A stretch of 64,000 bases of DNA from an uncultured virus (IMG/VR IMGVR_UViG_3300028805_000054). Lineage: Duplodnaviria; Heunggongvirae; Uroviricota; Caudoviricetes. The notes below the pieces were generated by a model, which did not search any database, was not told where the DNA came from, and was given only the letters and a program-made list of their open reading frames with translations. This document shows positions 9,608 through 19,713 of this stretch, one piece after another. The position numbers and the translations under genes are program-made. Positions within the stretch are counted from its first letter, which is position 1; each line of letters starts with the position of its first letter. The stretch lies in the IMG/VR virus record IMGVR_UViG_3300028805_000054. One strand, given 5' to 3'.

Positions 9608-11291
9608 CGTCTTCTGGATTTAGGTTGGGAGGTTCTACTCCTAGCTGTTCATATTGCGCATTAACTTTAGCCTGGAGGAGTTGCATATACTGTTCGAGAG
9701 ATTCGTCAGTTATGATTGCCTCTGTGTTCGGGTCAATGCTCTTAATTTGTGTCTGAATATAAGATAGATAAGCTTTTCCATCAATGAGTGGAGCAGCTGT
9801 TTCAATAGTTTGGATAGCATTTTGGATAATTGAAGTAACACCCTGTACCAAACCGTTGATAGATTCAGACTGGTTAATTTGGTTATTATATTCTACACTA
9901 GTCTTCTCTGATATATGAAGTTTTATGAGAGCGGGATCTAGTTCTTCATCATAGATTACCTTATAGATTGTACATACTAAGGCGACTACTGATGATTTGA
10001 TTCCATTCATAAAACCTGAGACTCTTGAATTAGCACGTTCCGATTGCTGAAGGACTTGCCATTTATTTCCGGAGGTTGAATCCATAAGAGTAGTAGGAAG
10101 TCCAAGAGGTCCTAGAATATTAGCCTTACAGTTATCTAGGGTTTGCATAATATCCAGGAGCTTGTCGGTCAGTTTGTCAAGAGGAAGCATAGAATTTTTA
10201 CCTCCTAGCGTTGAATTATAGTCTGGGACGAACTTAGCGCTTTGAGTGAGAGTGTTTTCAATGAAGGAAATAACATCAAACTGAGAGGACAAGAAAGATC
10301 CTAACTCATTTGTATTATTTGCCAGTTTAGTCGCACGTGCACATAGTTCGTTGGCGCTTTCTAGAGGAATGGATTTGTCAAACTGGAGAAGGAAAATTTG
10401 TACAGAGGAAAGATCACGAAGACTGATAAGAGATACTAGAAGCTCTTTAATTACCAGCTCTTTCACCTTAAGGATGATTGGATAGAGTAAAGGTTCAGAT
10501 GCCATATAGGATTCTTTCTTGAGTACCTTTTGTCTATTTTCATCTTTATTCTTAGTCCCTGATATCTTAGCTTGTTCCTTCTTATTCTTTGAAGCATTCC
10601 ATTCATCAGATAGGTCATTAATCAAGCGTAGGTTTTGTGATGCTATATAAACAATTTCTTCGGTAGGGATTTCATACATAACGCCATCATCTCCTTTGGC
10701 TAGATATATTTCTTCCATTTCCCCATCCTCATTCTTTTTCTTTTTGGTGATAACGCATACCGGATCGTTAATTTCCTCAATTCTAAACTTAAGGTGTCCA
10801 GTATCATCCCTTGACTTCTGAAGCATTCCGAAGTATTCACCAAAGAAAACATAATCTTGAAGATGATCTCTAATCCAGTCGAGAATCTTGAGATCTTTTG
10901 TTAGGATGTCATTTATACGTTCCGTTACTTCATTGTCTATTTCATCACCTTCCTCATTCATAATGGTTACTATCTGTTGACCAGTCCCATCTACGAGGAA
11001 GTTAGTAATATAATCTGCAAAAAAGTTTACCGCAAGTTTTGATATATCCAAGAGCTGATATCCTTTAAGCTCTGAAATTCTATCGAGGTACCCAGAAATT
11101 CGATTACTAGGACTTGCATTACCTAAAAGAGGGGATTTTCTATCATAACCATCGAAAATACTGTTAGTTGTTCCTCCGATAGGTTGATATCCTCCTCCAG
11201 TTCGGTATACATTTGATCTTATGGGCACTCTCGAGGAACCTATAGCAAATGAACCGAACATCTTTTGAGTGATATTTTCTGGTTTCTTCAT
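9588..11291 (-). CDS. Probable portal protein
   Basis: 567 aa, helical, portal-like LQDYVFFGEYF segment; in module with protease and terminase. Confidence 0.65.
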   Translation of the reverse strand: MKKPENITQKMFGSFAIGSSRVPIRSNVYRTGGGYQPIGGTTNSIFDGYDRKSPLLGNASPSNRISGYLDRISELKGYQLLDISKLAVNFFADYITNFLVDGTGQQIVTIMNEEGDEIDNEVTERINDILTKDLKILDWIRDHLQDYVFFGEYFGMLQKSRDDTGHLKFRIEEINDPVCVITKKKKNEDGEMEEIYLAKGDDGVMYEIPTEEIVYIASQNLRLINDLSDEWNASKNKKEQAKISGTKNKDENRQKVLKKESYMASEPLLYPIILKVKELVIKELLVSLISLRDLSSVQIFLLQFDKSIPLESANELCARATKLANNTNELGSFLSSQFDVISFIENTLTQSAKFVPDYNSTLGGKNSMLPLDKLTDKLLDIMQTLDNCKANILGPLGLPTTLMDSTSGNKWQVLQQSERANSRVSGFMNGIKSSVVALVCTIYKVIYDEELDPALIKLHISEKTSVEYNNQINQSESINGLVQGVTSIIQNAIQTIETAAPLIDGKAYLSYIQTQIKSIDPNTEAIITDESLEQYMQLLQAKVNAQYEQLGVEPPNLNPEDDEDFKK

Positions 11292-11330
11292 GTCACATAT
11301 CTTTTAAAATGTTAGTTCTATTGTTTCATC

Positions 11331-11382
11331 ACTAATATAAGGCCCTGCGACATTTTTTTGCTGTTTTTGTGGGTCTTTTTCG
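11331..11382 (-). promoter_or_regulatory. Extended phage promoter element, copy 2 (upstream of portal)
   Basis: Same consensus and spacing as 6488-6539. Confidence 0.75.
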
Positions 11383-12174
11383 CTATTTTTGCCTCTTTAA
11401 GCGATAATATTCAGTTTTTAGCTTCAAACCATACCCATTCTTAGCATATCCTGGTCCATTGTAGATTCTTGCCATCCCGTTGAAGTCCTTGGAGATCATT
11501 AAGGGTACAATTCCTCTGCTCTTAATAAATTCTATACCGAGCGAGAGTTGGGAGAATTCATCTTTCGACATTTTAGAAACAAAATCCCCTACACTCTTTT
11601 CTCCTGCTAGCTTATAATTAGATCCCAGTATTTGTAAGAGTCCCCAAGAAGCCGACATCTGAGCTGCTTCCTTATTGATCTGACTTGCTTTCTCTAATCT
11701 TAACCATTCCTTCTCTCCGCCCTGATAGTTCTTAATCCACTTATCTGTTATAATGTCTGGATATTGTCTCATATATTGGTAAGGATCGATTCCCATGTTC
11801 CTCAGATTTTTAAAGAACTGATAGGACTCGAATAGAATGACGGGTCGATGAGAAGGCAAGAAACCAGAACTCCCAGACTCTATGGAAACGAAGGCCTTCA
11901 ACATCTCTGGTTCACAATCTAAGAGCCATCCGAAGAGAGGGTAATCAGATTCTACTACTTTTCCTTTTGGGTTATTTGAATATCTTTCTTCGACCAGTAT
12001 AGTTTTCCAAGATTTATATCCAAAAATCCCATCATCAACTAACCCTCTTGACTTCTGATACCCCTTTATTGCCTCCACTAATTCTTTATCACAGGTAATT
12101 CTAGGGGATAAGCCAAACATGATGGATAACTTTTTGACGTCCTCCCCAGATCTACCTTCACGTATTATAGTCAT
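11383..12174 (-). CDS. Endolysin: peptidoglycan-binding domain plus N-acetylmuramidase (DUF3380-like)
   Basis: YQKSRGLVDDGIFG PG-binding motif; ES.G.GF..RPVILFE, SASWGLLQILGSNY, ARIYNGPGY. Confidence 0.85.
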   Translation of the reverse strand: MTIIREGRSGEDVKKLSIMFGLSPRITCDKELVEAIKGYQKSRGLVDDGIFGYKSWKTILVEERYSNNPKGKVVESDYPLFGWLLDCEPEMLKAFVSIESGSSGFLPSHRPVILFESYQFFKNLRNMGIDPYQYMRQYPDIITDKWIKNYQGGEKEWLRLEKASQINKEAAQMSASWGLLQILGSNYKLAGEKSVGDFVSKMSKDEFSQLSLGIEFIKSRGIVPLMISKDFNGMARIYNGPGYAKNGYGLKLKTEYYRLKRQK

Positions 12175-12175
12175 T

Positions 12176-13612
12176 TTAACCTTGCATTTTAAGTAATTCC
12201 CCAGTCAATTTTCCATATCCTGAATCCGCTCCCTTATTTATTACTCCCATTACATAGGTTGAGAATGCCGTCTTAAGAGCATATTTAGCATTGGTCAGGT
12301 CTTTCTCTGTGGCCCCTAATTTCTTCATTAACTGGAGACCGTAATAGGATGCCATAAATTCGGATTGGAGGAGCGGAAATTTTAAGAGGAGTGATGTAAC
12401 ATATGAAACAACCTCAGGAACTGCACTCTTCGCCATTGATCCCATAAAACCTAGGAGGAACGAGGATAAAGTAACAAATTCATCTGAAAAAATGCCACTA
12501 TGGGAAGCTCTTTGAAGGGAACCTAGATACTTTTCGTTGTTCTGGAAGAAATGTCCAACTTCATGAAAAACGGCGGGAACAGGGTCGAGGTCAGAAATAA
12601 GAATCACGTCCCTTGGTTTTCCGTCATTATCTATTCCCTGAGCTCCGTATGCCCACCAATCCATCGCACATCTTTTTCTGAGAGGGTCGATATTATTCAT
12701 GGCTAGAGCTTTCGGATCACACAACATTTTTCTTAGTTTCTCTGCATCCTTTCCTTGTGTTAAGTTTAGGTAATAGGAGAAAGGTGTACAATCGGCTACC
12801 ACTAGTTTTGTCTTATATTCCTTCTCGATGTACTTGGTGAGATTAGGAATTAGAGCTGGAGTATAGGAAGCTCGATTTGCCTTGTCCCATTTCATCTCTA
12901 CCCTCTTTTTCATGATAGGTTGGATGATTAGTTTATATAAGGCAGAAGCGATAGAGGGAATATACTGTGTTATCTTCTCTATTACTGAAAAATTCTTAGC
13001 TTCTGTAACATCTTCTTCCACCAATCTAATTTTGTAGATATTGCCGGTGAAAAGTTTAAGTCCTACCAAAAATTCTGTAAGAGCCATCACCAAAGCTTCT
13101 ATCCCAGTTTTATCTTTGGGAACAGTTATGATAGGAGCTGGAAAATTGGAACCTCTCTCAACAAACTTATAATCAAATTCACCATTACAATATTTCGAGA
13201 GCGTGTAAAGGGAAAGTAAGTATTGATCAAACTCGGGGGATACAATCAGACCATTTTTGCAAACCCTGAAAACTAAGTCGAAATCCTGGTCTACGTTTTT
13301 TCCAATCTTTTTGTCAACACTAATCCAATCACGAGAAGGATAGTCGCGGTGAGATGCAGGGTGATTAATCATGGCCGTTCCTATCACGCTCTTAAAATCC
13401 GCAGGCTTAAACTTTCCCTTCTTAAGTCTCCCAAATTTTGTATTGGAAGGTTGAGTATTAAAGATCTCGTTTTGATACAAGTCCTTTCCCCTAAACTTCA
13501 TAAACTGGTAGATAGACTCCTGAGGAAAATCTTTGAGCGTGTGAACTTCGGCCATATCTTCCTCCCTGCCAATTTCCGCGAAGCTTTTCTCGTTAAATTC
13601 TATCATAAACAA
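12176..13612 (-). CDS. Multidomain protein with C-terminal HExxH zinc metallopeptidase
   Basis: VFHEVGH, downstream EFMAS and hydrophobic helices; EKSFA and KNFS motifs. Confidence 0.65.
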   Translation of the reverse strand: MFMIEFNEKSFAEIGREEDMAEVHTLKDFPQESIYQFMKFRGKDLYQNEIFNTQPSNTKFGRLKKGKFKPADFKSVIGTAMINHPASHRDYPSRDWISVDKKIGKNVDQDFDLVFRVCKNGLIVSPEFDQYLLSLYTLSKYCNGEFDYKFVERGSNFPAPIITVPKDKTGIEALVMALTEFLVGLKLFTGNIYKIRLVEEDVTEAKNFSVIEKITQYIPSIASALYKLIIQPIMKKRVEMKWDKANRASYTPALIPNLTKYIEKEYKTKLVVADCTPFSYYLNLTQGKDAEKLRKMLCDPKALAMNNIDPLRKRCAMDWWAYGAQGIDNDGKPRDVILISDLDPVPAVFHEVGHFFQNNEKYLGSLQRASHSGIFSDEFVTLSSFLLGFMGSMAKSAVPEVVSYVTSLLLKFPLLQSEFMASYYGLQLMKKLGATEKDLTNAKYALKTAFSTYVMGVINKGADSGYGKLTGELLKMQG

Positions 13613-13623
13613 ATTCTTATATA

Positions 13624-13992
13624 TTATTTATTCTTTTTAGAGTCTTTCTTTTTCTTGAGAGCATATAGACCGGCTCCAACAGATGCAGCTCCTAATGCAA
13701 TACCTGCTTTTCCTAATTTCTTAGAAGCATTTTCGCTCTTTTTAATTGCCCTATCCACCCTTCTGGTATATCTTTCTTCTAGCCCAGGTGTTTTATCAAA
13801 TCTTTCATCCAATACGGCAGGACCAATATCTTTATGAACAAAAGTTAAATAATCTGCTTTATTTTTTAAATACTTAGATCCTAACCCAGCTGCAATAGAC
13901 CCAGCACTACCAACGGCAGCTACTTTACCTGCAACTTTAGCTTTCTTCTTATCTTTCTCTGATTTTTCAGAGAATAAACGTTGTATAATCAT
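13624..13992 (-). CDS. Leader-family Lys-rich glycine-zipper protein
   Basis: MIIQRLFS start; GIALGAASVGAGLYALKKKK. Confidence 0.75.
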   Translation of the reverse strand: MIIQRLFSEKSEKDKKKAKVAGKVAAVGSAGSIAAGLGSKYLKNKADYLTFVHKDIGPAVLDERFDKTPGLEERYTRRVDRAIKKSENASKKLGKAGIALGAASVGAGLYALKKKKDSKKNK

Positions 13993-13998
13993 AATTCA

Positions 13999-14787
13999 TT
14001 AATGTTTATTTGAATGATAGGCTGCCAACATTTTCTCACATTTTTCCTTACTATCACTCTTAACATCCCAGAACGTAGGAGGATTAGTTTTCATGCTGAC
14101 AATTCTCCAAGACCCATTATACTTATGAATCACTCCTTCACCGTTTTCTACCTTCTTTACGATCGAGGCAGGAACTATTTCACGATTCCCAGGTTTCTTG
14201 TTTCCTTTCTTTGGTGGTTCTTTATCCCCAAATTCCTTCTGCTCTTTTCCGTCAAGATCCTTTATGGCACCTTCAATCACCTGTACTTCATCCTTCGGTA
14301 TTTTCACAGTCAGATAGAAAACATCATCTAAGCAATCATTCTCAAGTTTCACCACATAAGCATCAGGATAACGGAGCTCAACCTGATACATAAATTTGGC
14401 CAGAGTTTCGAAATAATTACTCCAGATACCTCTTCCATTAAGTCCACCAGAAACACATACAGTATCTCCCTCCGACTTATCTTCCATAACCACAAACTTA
14501 CCGATCTTCATGGTATCGATGTGGTTTACGATTTTTTCTATAACTGCCTGAAGATTCTCGGAGTATAGTTTTTCCTCATTGGCAGCTTCTTCGGCAATCT
14601 CTGGAACTTCGGCTTTCATTTCTTCCACCTTATCCATCATCTCCTTAATTGCCTTTCCATTTTCCTTCACCTCCGGAACTTTGAGAGCATCTGTCAAAGA
14701 ATCATTCAAAGCTTGTTCCGCCCCATCCTTATAACCTTCAATATATGCTTCTCTCTCCGAATGGCATTTTGTTCTCAGTATTAACAT
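13999..14787 (-). CDS. Leader-family multidomain hypothetical protein
   Basis: MLILRTKCHS start; internal KLYS, KEFG. Confidence 0.65.
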   Translation of the reverse strand: MLILRTKCHSEREAYIEGYKDGAEQALNDSLTDALKVPEVKENGKAIKEMMDKVEEMKAEVPEIAEEAANEEKLYSENLQAVIEKIVNHIDTMKIGKFVVMEDKSEGDTVCVSGGLNGRGIWSNYFETLAKFMYQVELRYPDAYVVKLENDCLDDVFYLTVKIPKDEVQVIEGAIKDLDGKEQKEFGDKEPPKKGNKKPGNREIVPASIVKKVENGEGVIHKYNGSWRIVSMKTNPPTFWDVKSDSKEKCEKMLAAYHSNKH

Positions 14788-15266
14788 ATTATCTATCTGT
14801 TAACGACAAAATCAATCTCCCGTAAAGTTCCAACCACTCTATTCCGTGTCTCGAGTTCCTTAATCTTTACAGGTCTTCTCCAAACTCCTCCTACTCTCTC
14901 AATCCCCTTTAAGTTTTTCATTCCGTTACCATTGAAATTAAGTGTTCCATTCCCTGACTCGTTTCGGTTAGTCTTGGAAATATATGGCAAGTGAAGAATA
15001 ACAAGAGAGCAGTAAAAATAAGATAACCAATTGTGTTCTTCATTCCGGTTTTGGTTTATCAGAGTGGGTTCTTCCTGGCGTGTTTTTAATTTATGCGTAT
15101 TTTCCTAAGGTTGAGAGAAAAGTGTAAACAATAATTCTAACCTTTCTTTTCACGCATGTTTTTATACACTAGAAGAAAAGGCGTTGATTCTAAAAGTTCG
15201 AATTTTGATTTCACGCCCCTCTTTCCTAGTGTTTCTTTTCCTCACGCCAGACCTTTTCCACTCTAT

Positions 15267-15836
15267 TCAATCCTTTTTCTCAGACTCTTTCTTAGCCTTT
15301 TTCTTGTCGACCAGTTTCTTTGCGCCAATACCAGCTGCAACAACTCCACCAGTAGCTAAGGCGATCTTACCCTTATTCTTCTTAGCTAACTCTATGGCAT
15401 CTCCGATTCTAGCATCTCTTTTTAAGTTTTCTACCTTACGCCAATTTTTAGAAAACTCTTCAAAATTACTGCTGGTTGTTTTTCCAGATCTAGTAAATCT
15501 TTCAGATACTCTCTTTTTAGCCTCTGGATTAGTCCCCATCGGAGATGCTGAATTAACAATATCTCCCGGCTTTGCTTTATTAATAGAATCGTGAATAAAA
15601 TAGGCTCCTTTTCCCTTTCCAAGATTAGATCTTTTAGAAGTCTCTAATGGCATTCCCAAATTATCTTTTCCTGTTCTAATGGCTTTTCTGCCTTGTCGAA
15701 TTTTATCTGCTTCATTCTGAATTTCAAACTTATCTGGAATAAAACTCGAACCCTCAGCCTTTTTAGCCATATCTAGATCATATTTATGTCTTCTAGCTTT
15801 CTGTTCTTTACTAGAAAATAAACGTTGTATAATCAT
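15267..15836 (-). CDS. Leader-family Lys-rich glycine-zipper protein
   Basis: Start re-called to MIIQRLFS at 15836; C-terminal GKIALATGGVVAAGIGAKKL. Confidence 0.75.
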   Translation of the reverse strand: MIIQRLFSSKEQKARRHKYDLDMAKKAEGSSFIPDKFEIQNEADKIRQGRKAIRTGKDNLGMPLETSKRSNLGKGKGAYFIHDSINKAKPGDIVNSASPMGTNPEAKKRVSERFTRSGKTTSSNFEEFSKNWRKVENLKRDARIGDAIELAKKNKGKIALATGGVVAAGIGAKKLVDKKKAKKESEKKD

Positions 15837-15927
15837 GATCGTATCACTTTTTTTAGATAAATTATTTTTATCATACTCCACTAAAAAGATGATAAATTTA
15901 AATCCTATCAGTCAATTCCTTATATAT

Positions 15928-16872
15928 ATGAAAAATATAATAAGTAAAGACGAATTATTAAAGAAAATAAGAGGTAAAGAAGAGGTAATACAAGATTCTA
16001 GTTCATCTGTTGTAATATCCGGAGTATATAGAATGCCCAAATGTAAGCCAATAAGACGTTTCAGATTACTTCCAGAAACTCCTAAAATTAAAATGGAGCC
16101 AGAAAAATATCCTGATCTTGAAGTTAAACTCACACCAGGTAGTTTCTTAGTAGGAGCAAATCGATTATATCATATATTAGAAGTCAATATAGAAAGCGAA
16201 ATAGTTAAGGCCACTCTATTAGGATATGATAGTAATAAATGCATGTACTCTTTTACCCTAGGAAATACTCACGAATTTAGACTCGAGGAATTTACCTCAG
16301 AGTTTTGGACGAATTACTATAAATGGAGGACAGCACATCACGAAGACTTCATTCAATACAGTAATCCATACAATTTTATACACCCAGGAACTGTAATATA
16401 TGATTCTAGTATTAACGGCTATTTCAAATTTATAGATTATGTTTCTCCATTAAAACTTGCTAGTGGAAAAGAACATTGGATTCTTAAGGCTTTTTTATTG
16501 TATACAGAAGATAATACCCTAAAGCGTCAATACAGAGATCATCTAAAATCTTATTATACTGAAGATACCGTTATGAAAAGATATCCATACATAATAAGTT
16601 ATAAGAATATTAGACAAGTTGGTGAATATGAATATCGAGAGTTAGTTACAGGAATTAAAAACCTAGAACTAAAAACTAATAGTATTCAAAAAACGCCAAT
16701 GAACTTCCTCTTAAAAAGTTTATCAGACTCCGGATCATTTGAAGTAGAAGGTAAAACCTACTATATAACTAGATTAGATGAAACAGAAGTCAAGTGTATA
16801 GAAATAACTGAAGACTTTTCTATAATCCATCATACGTTTAATCTAGACAACCTCCCTATAAATCATGGATAA
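15928..16872 (+). CDS. Hypothetical protein, opposite-strand insertion in the structural module
   Basis: Start re-called to MKNIISK just after a TCCTTATATAT promoter core; AT-rich. Confidence 0.65.
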   Translation: MKNIISKDELLKKIRGKEEVIQDSSSSVVISGVYRMPKCKPIRRFRLLPETPKIKMEPEKYPDLEVKLTPGSFLVGANRLYHILEVNIESEIVKATLLGYDSNKCMYSFTLGNTHEFRLEEFTSEFWTNYYKWRTAHHEDFIQYSNPYNFIHPGTVIYDSSINGYFKFIDYVSPLKLASGKEHWILKAFLLYTEDNTLKRQYRDHLKSYYTEDTVMKRYPYIISYKNIRQVGEYEYRELVTGIKNLELKTNSIQKTPMNFLLKSLSDSGSFEVEGKTYYITRLDETEVKCIEITEDFSIIHHTFNLDNLPINHG

Positions 16873-16892
16873 TTAATTCCGTGATTTTATTT

Positions 16893-17342
16893 TTATCTCA
16901 TTATATTATATGTGGCATGGATTTCGTCTCTCCCCTCATCGTTAGATTTGTGATCTAACTTATAGCCCTTCCAAATCTTGACTATCGGAAACTCACCACC
17001 ACTAAAACTTCCCGTAACTTCCTCCTTTGTGATCTTCCCGTTTGACAATTCCTCTACTTTCTTGGCGATTATGTCGGACGGAATTTCACTATATATCTCG
17101 GTCCCATCATGGCTAACGTCTCCGGGGTCATCAATCTCCCAAAATTTTCTGAAGACATCGTAAGTGCAGAGAGACGAACACCCTATCTTCGGATCTGCAT
17201 AAAGCTTCATAATTCCATAGAGCTTCAAGGCAAAATCGGAGAGGATGTGATCAATAATTTCTCGATCAGTGGTACCCGGAGGAAATCTAAACATACCACC
17301 AATCTTATGATCACTGAAAAATTTTGAACGTATTAGTATCAT
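16893..17342 (-). CDS. Leader-family protein, paralog of 19285-19713
   Basis: MILIRSKFFS start; near-identical to the 19285 protein. Confidence 0.75.
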   Translation of the reverse strand: MILIRSKFFSDHKIGGMFRFPPGTTDREIIDHILSDFALKLYGIMKLYADPKIGCSSLCTYDVFRKFWEIDDPGDVSHDGTEIYSEIPSDIIAKKVEELSNGKITKEEVTGSFSGGEFPIVKIWKGYKLDHKSNDEGRDEIHATYNIMR

Positions 17343-17545
17343 CTTTCAAGCTTTAATTTTCCCGCTCGTATTTTTCAGGCGTTTTTATTATTTGTGCGTA
17401 TCTTTAAAGGTTGGATCTTCATGCTCGTTATTTATTTTTAAAAATAACTTATAGCAATTTTCTTTCAACCTTTTCTTTTCACGCAAATTACGATACTCTT
17501 TCGATTTTTTAGCATTTTTCTCTACCCACTTCTTCTCAAGATCCT

Positions 17546-17599
17546 TCATTTCTTTGAGAATTTTCCTTTCTTTTCAGAGAATAAACGTTGTATAATCAT
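17546..17599 (-). pseudogene. Leader-only mini-ORF or truncated leader-family gene (17 aa)
   Basis: MIIQRLFSEKKGKFSKK*; first ~29 nt identical to the start of 13624-13992. Confidence 0.55.
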
Positions 17600-17628
17600 A
17601 ATAACATTTAAAAATAATATTATGAAGC

Positions 17629-18159
17629 TTATTTCTTCAATTCACTAAGAATCTGTTCTTTAGATTCTTTTTCCTTCTTCTTCTCCTTGGCTTTCTTTAC
17701 TCCAGCATCAATTCCATCAATCGCCAAAGATCCGCCTAAAGCACCGGCCCCTATCAATCCCCACTTCTTTGTTCTGGGATTCTTTAAAATTTCTTTTCCC
17801 TTCCCTGTGGCTTTCTCTAAGATTCCCTTTTCAACCTCCTTTGGTTTTGGAGTTCTCTTAGTTGTATCACGAATTGAAGAAGACCAATGATCTAAATCTT
17901 TCATCTGTGACTTATATCTTGACTCTACCTCTTCAGCAGTTATACGTTTTCTTCCGACCTTCTTGCCTTTATCATAGATGTCTTCAAAGTTTTCTCCAAG
18001 TCCAGATTTTCTAAGTCCCTCTGCTCTTTCAGCCTGTATATTATCACGACGAGCATTAATCTCTTGCCTAGCCGCTTTCAACTCCTCAGCCTTTTTCTTC
18101 CTGTCCTCTTCTTTTTTCAGATGTGTCCAGGTTCGGCTAAATAGACGCTGTATAATCAT
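17629..18159 (-). CDS. Leader-family Lys-rich glycine-zipper protein
   Basis: MIIQRLFS start; WGLIGAGALGGSLAI followed by a basic tail. Confidence 0.75.
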   Translation of the reverse strand: MIIQRLFSRTWTHLKKEEDRKKKAEELKAARQEINARRDNIQAERAEGLRKSGLGENFEDIYDKGKKVGRKRITAEEVESRYKSQMKDLDHWSSSIRDTTKRTPKPKEVEKGILEKATGKGKEILKNPRTKKWGLIGAGALGGSLAIDGIDAGVKKAKEKKKEKESKEQILSELKK

Positions 18160-18647
18160 AGTCTATCAATCTTAGAAATAATTTGCTTTTCTAAGGATGC
18201 AATTTGTTTATAATTCTTGTCATCCTTATAAGCCTCTCCTATCTCATCGTCCTCTATAAGCTGTTTTTTCAGATAATCTTTGAGCTCATTTATTCCAATT
18301 TGTTTGAAGGATTTAAAGATTATTCCAGATTTTCTATATAGATTTCCACTCTTATCATACCAGATATTTGCAGAACCTAAATCAATATCATCTAAACTCC
18401 ATGTAAAAAGAGATTTATATATTTGATTATTCTTCTCCTCAGTAAACATCCCAATACAAGGAATAGGACCAACCATATATTCACCAGAATTTTGTAGTTG
18501 TTCTAATTTATAAAAATCCTTATTAATTCCTTGCTGGTAATACTTTTGAATTGGCTGAGGAAGTTCTTTTAGATTAGAGGGAGATGCCATTATTTTCTCC
18601 ACACGCTCTGCTCTCATCGAGAAAGCTTTTTGTCGTATTATAATCAT
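18156..18647 (-). CDS. Leader-family hypothetical protein
   Basis: Start re-called to MIIIRQKAFS at 18647. Confidence 0.7.
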   Translation of the reverse strand: MIIIRQKAFSMRAERVEKIMASPSNLKELPQPIQKYYQQGINKDFYKLEQLQNSGEYMVGPIPCIGMFTEEKNNQIYKSLFTWSLDDIDLGSANIWYDKSGNLYRKSGIIFKSFKQIGINELKDYLKKQLIEDDEIGEAYKDDKNYKQIASLEKQIISKIDRL

Positions 18648-18782
18648 AATTGTATTGTTATGGGTAAACTGTTTTTTATTATTATTATCCCCCAGCTTAC
18701 CCATAATCAGGATAATAAATAGAGTATTAAACTCCAAATCAAAATTCCAAATCAATTAAAGAATAAATAAAAATAATCCTTT

Positions 18783-18825
18783 ACTAATATAAGGGGATGT
18801 GACATTTTTTTGATGATTTTGTGGG
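18783..18825 (-). promoter_or_regulatory. Extended phage promoter element, copy 3
   Basis: Same consensus and spacing as copies 1 and 2. Confidence 0.75.
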
Positions 18826-18951
18826 AGAAAATGAATAAAAATAGTATTAAATCCTGGCTTTTGTTACAGCTTTTATTCCGGCATTTCAACGGCGGTAACT
18901 TAGTGAAAAAAAGAAGATCACACCTCTTATCGAAATGTGGTCTCCTAAATA

Positions 18952-19266
18952 TCACACACTATTTAAGAATTTCAGAATCCTATCTTTTGCTGAATCTGCC
19001 TCTTTTATTTTTTGTTTCAAGAGTTCAGAATCAATGCCAAAAACGGAAGAGCTATTTAATTTTCCTTTTTCGGGAACGGGTAAAAAGCTAAGTTTATTGG
19101 AGGATATTAATCTCAACTCCTTACTTTTTCCAGATATTCTTTTATTAGAACGCGCTGGGATCCAAAAACTCAAATAATCTCCAGAAGGCATAGTAACATT
19201 ATATTCAATATAACTTTCTTTTCCTATTCTATAATAATCTGCTATTATTCTTATAAGTTTCATCAT
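18952..19266 (-). CDS. Hypothetical protein
   Basis: ORF directly after a CCTTATATAT core. Confidence 0.55.
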   Translation of the reverse strand: MMKLIRIIADYYRIGKESYIEYNVTMPSGDYLSFWIPARSNKRISGKSKELRLISSNKLSFLPVPEKGKLNSSSVFGIDSELLKQKIKEADSAKDRILKFLNSV

Positions 19267-19284
19267 ATATAAGGAATTGAAAGT

Positions 19285-19713
19285 TTATCTCATTATATCA
19301 TAGGTAGCATGGATTTCGTTTCTTCCCTCATGATAACTTTTCCATATCTTGACTATTGGAAATTCACCGCCACTAAAACAACCAGTCACCTCATCTCCTT
19401 TGATCTTACCTCCCGATAGTTCTTCAATTTTAGAGGCGATTATTTGGGATGGAATTTCACTATAGATCTCTTCTCCATCATACGAAACATCTCCTGGATC
19501 ATCTATCTCCCAAAATTTCCTGAAGACGTCGTAAGTACAAAGAGACGAACAACCTATCTTCGGATCTTGGTAAAGTTTCATAATTCCGTAGAGCTTCAAG
19601 GAAAAATCGGAAAGTATGTGATCTATTATTTCTTGATCAGTAGTCTTAGGAGGAAATCTAAACATACCACCAATCTTATGCTCACTAAAAAATTTCTCAC
19701 GTATTAGTATCAT
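19285..19713 (-). CDS. Leader-family protein, paralog of 16893-17342
   Basis: MILIREKFFS start. Confidence 0.75.
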   Translation of the reverse strand: MILIREKFFSEHKIGGMFRFPPKTTDQEIIDHILSDFSLKLYGIMKLYQDPKIGCSSLCTYDVFRKFWEIDDPGDVSYDGEEIYSEIPSQIIASKIEELSGGKIKGDEVTGCFSGGEFPIVKIWKSYHEGRNEIHATYDIMR

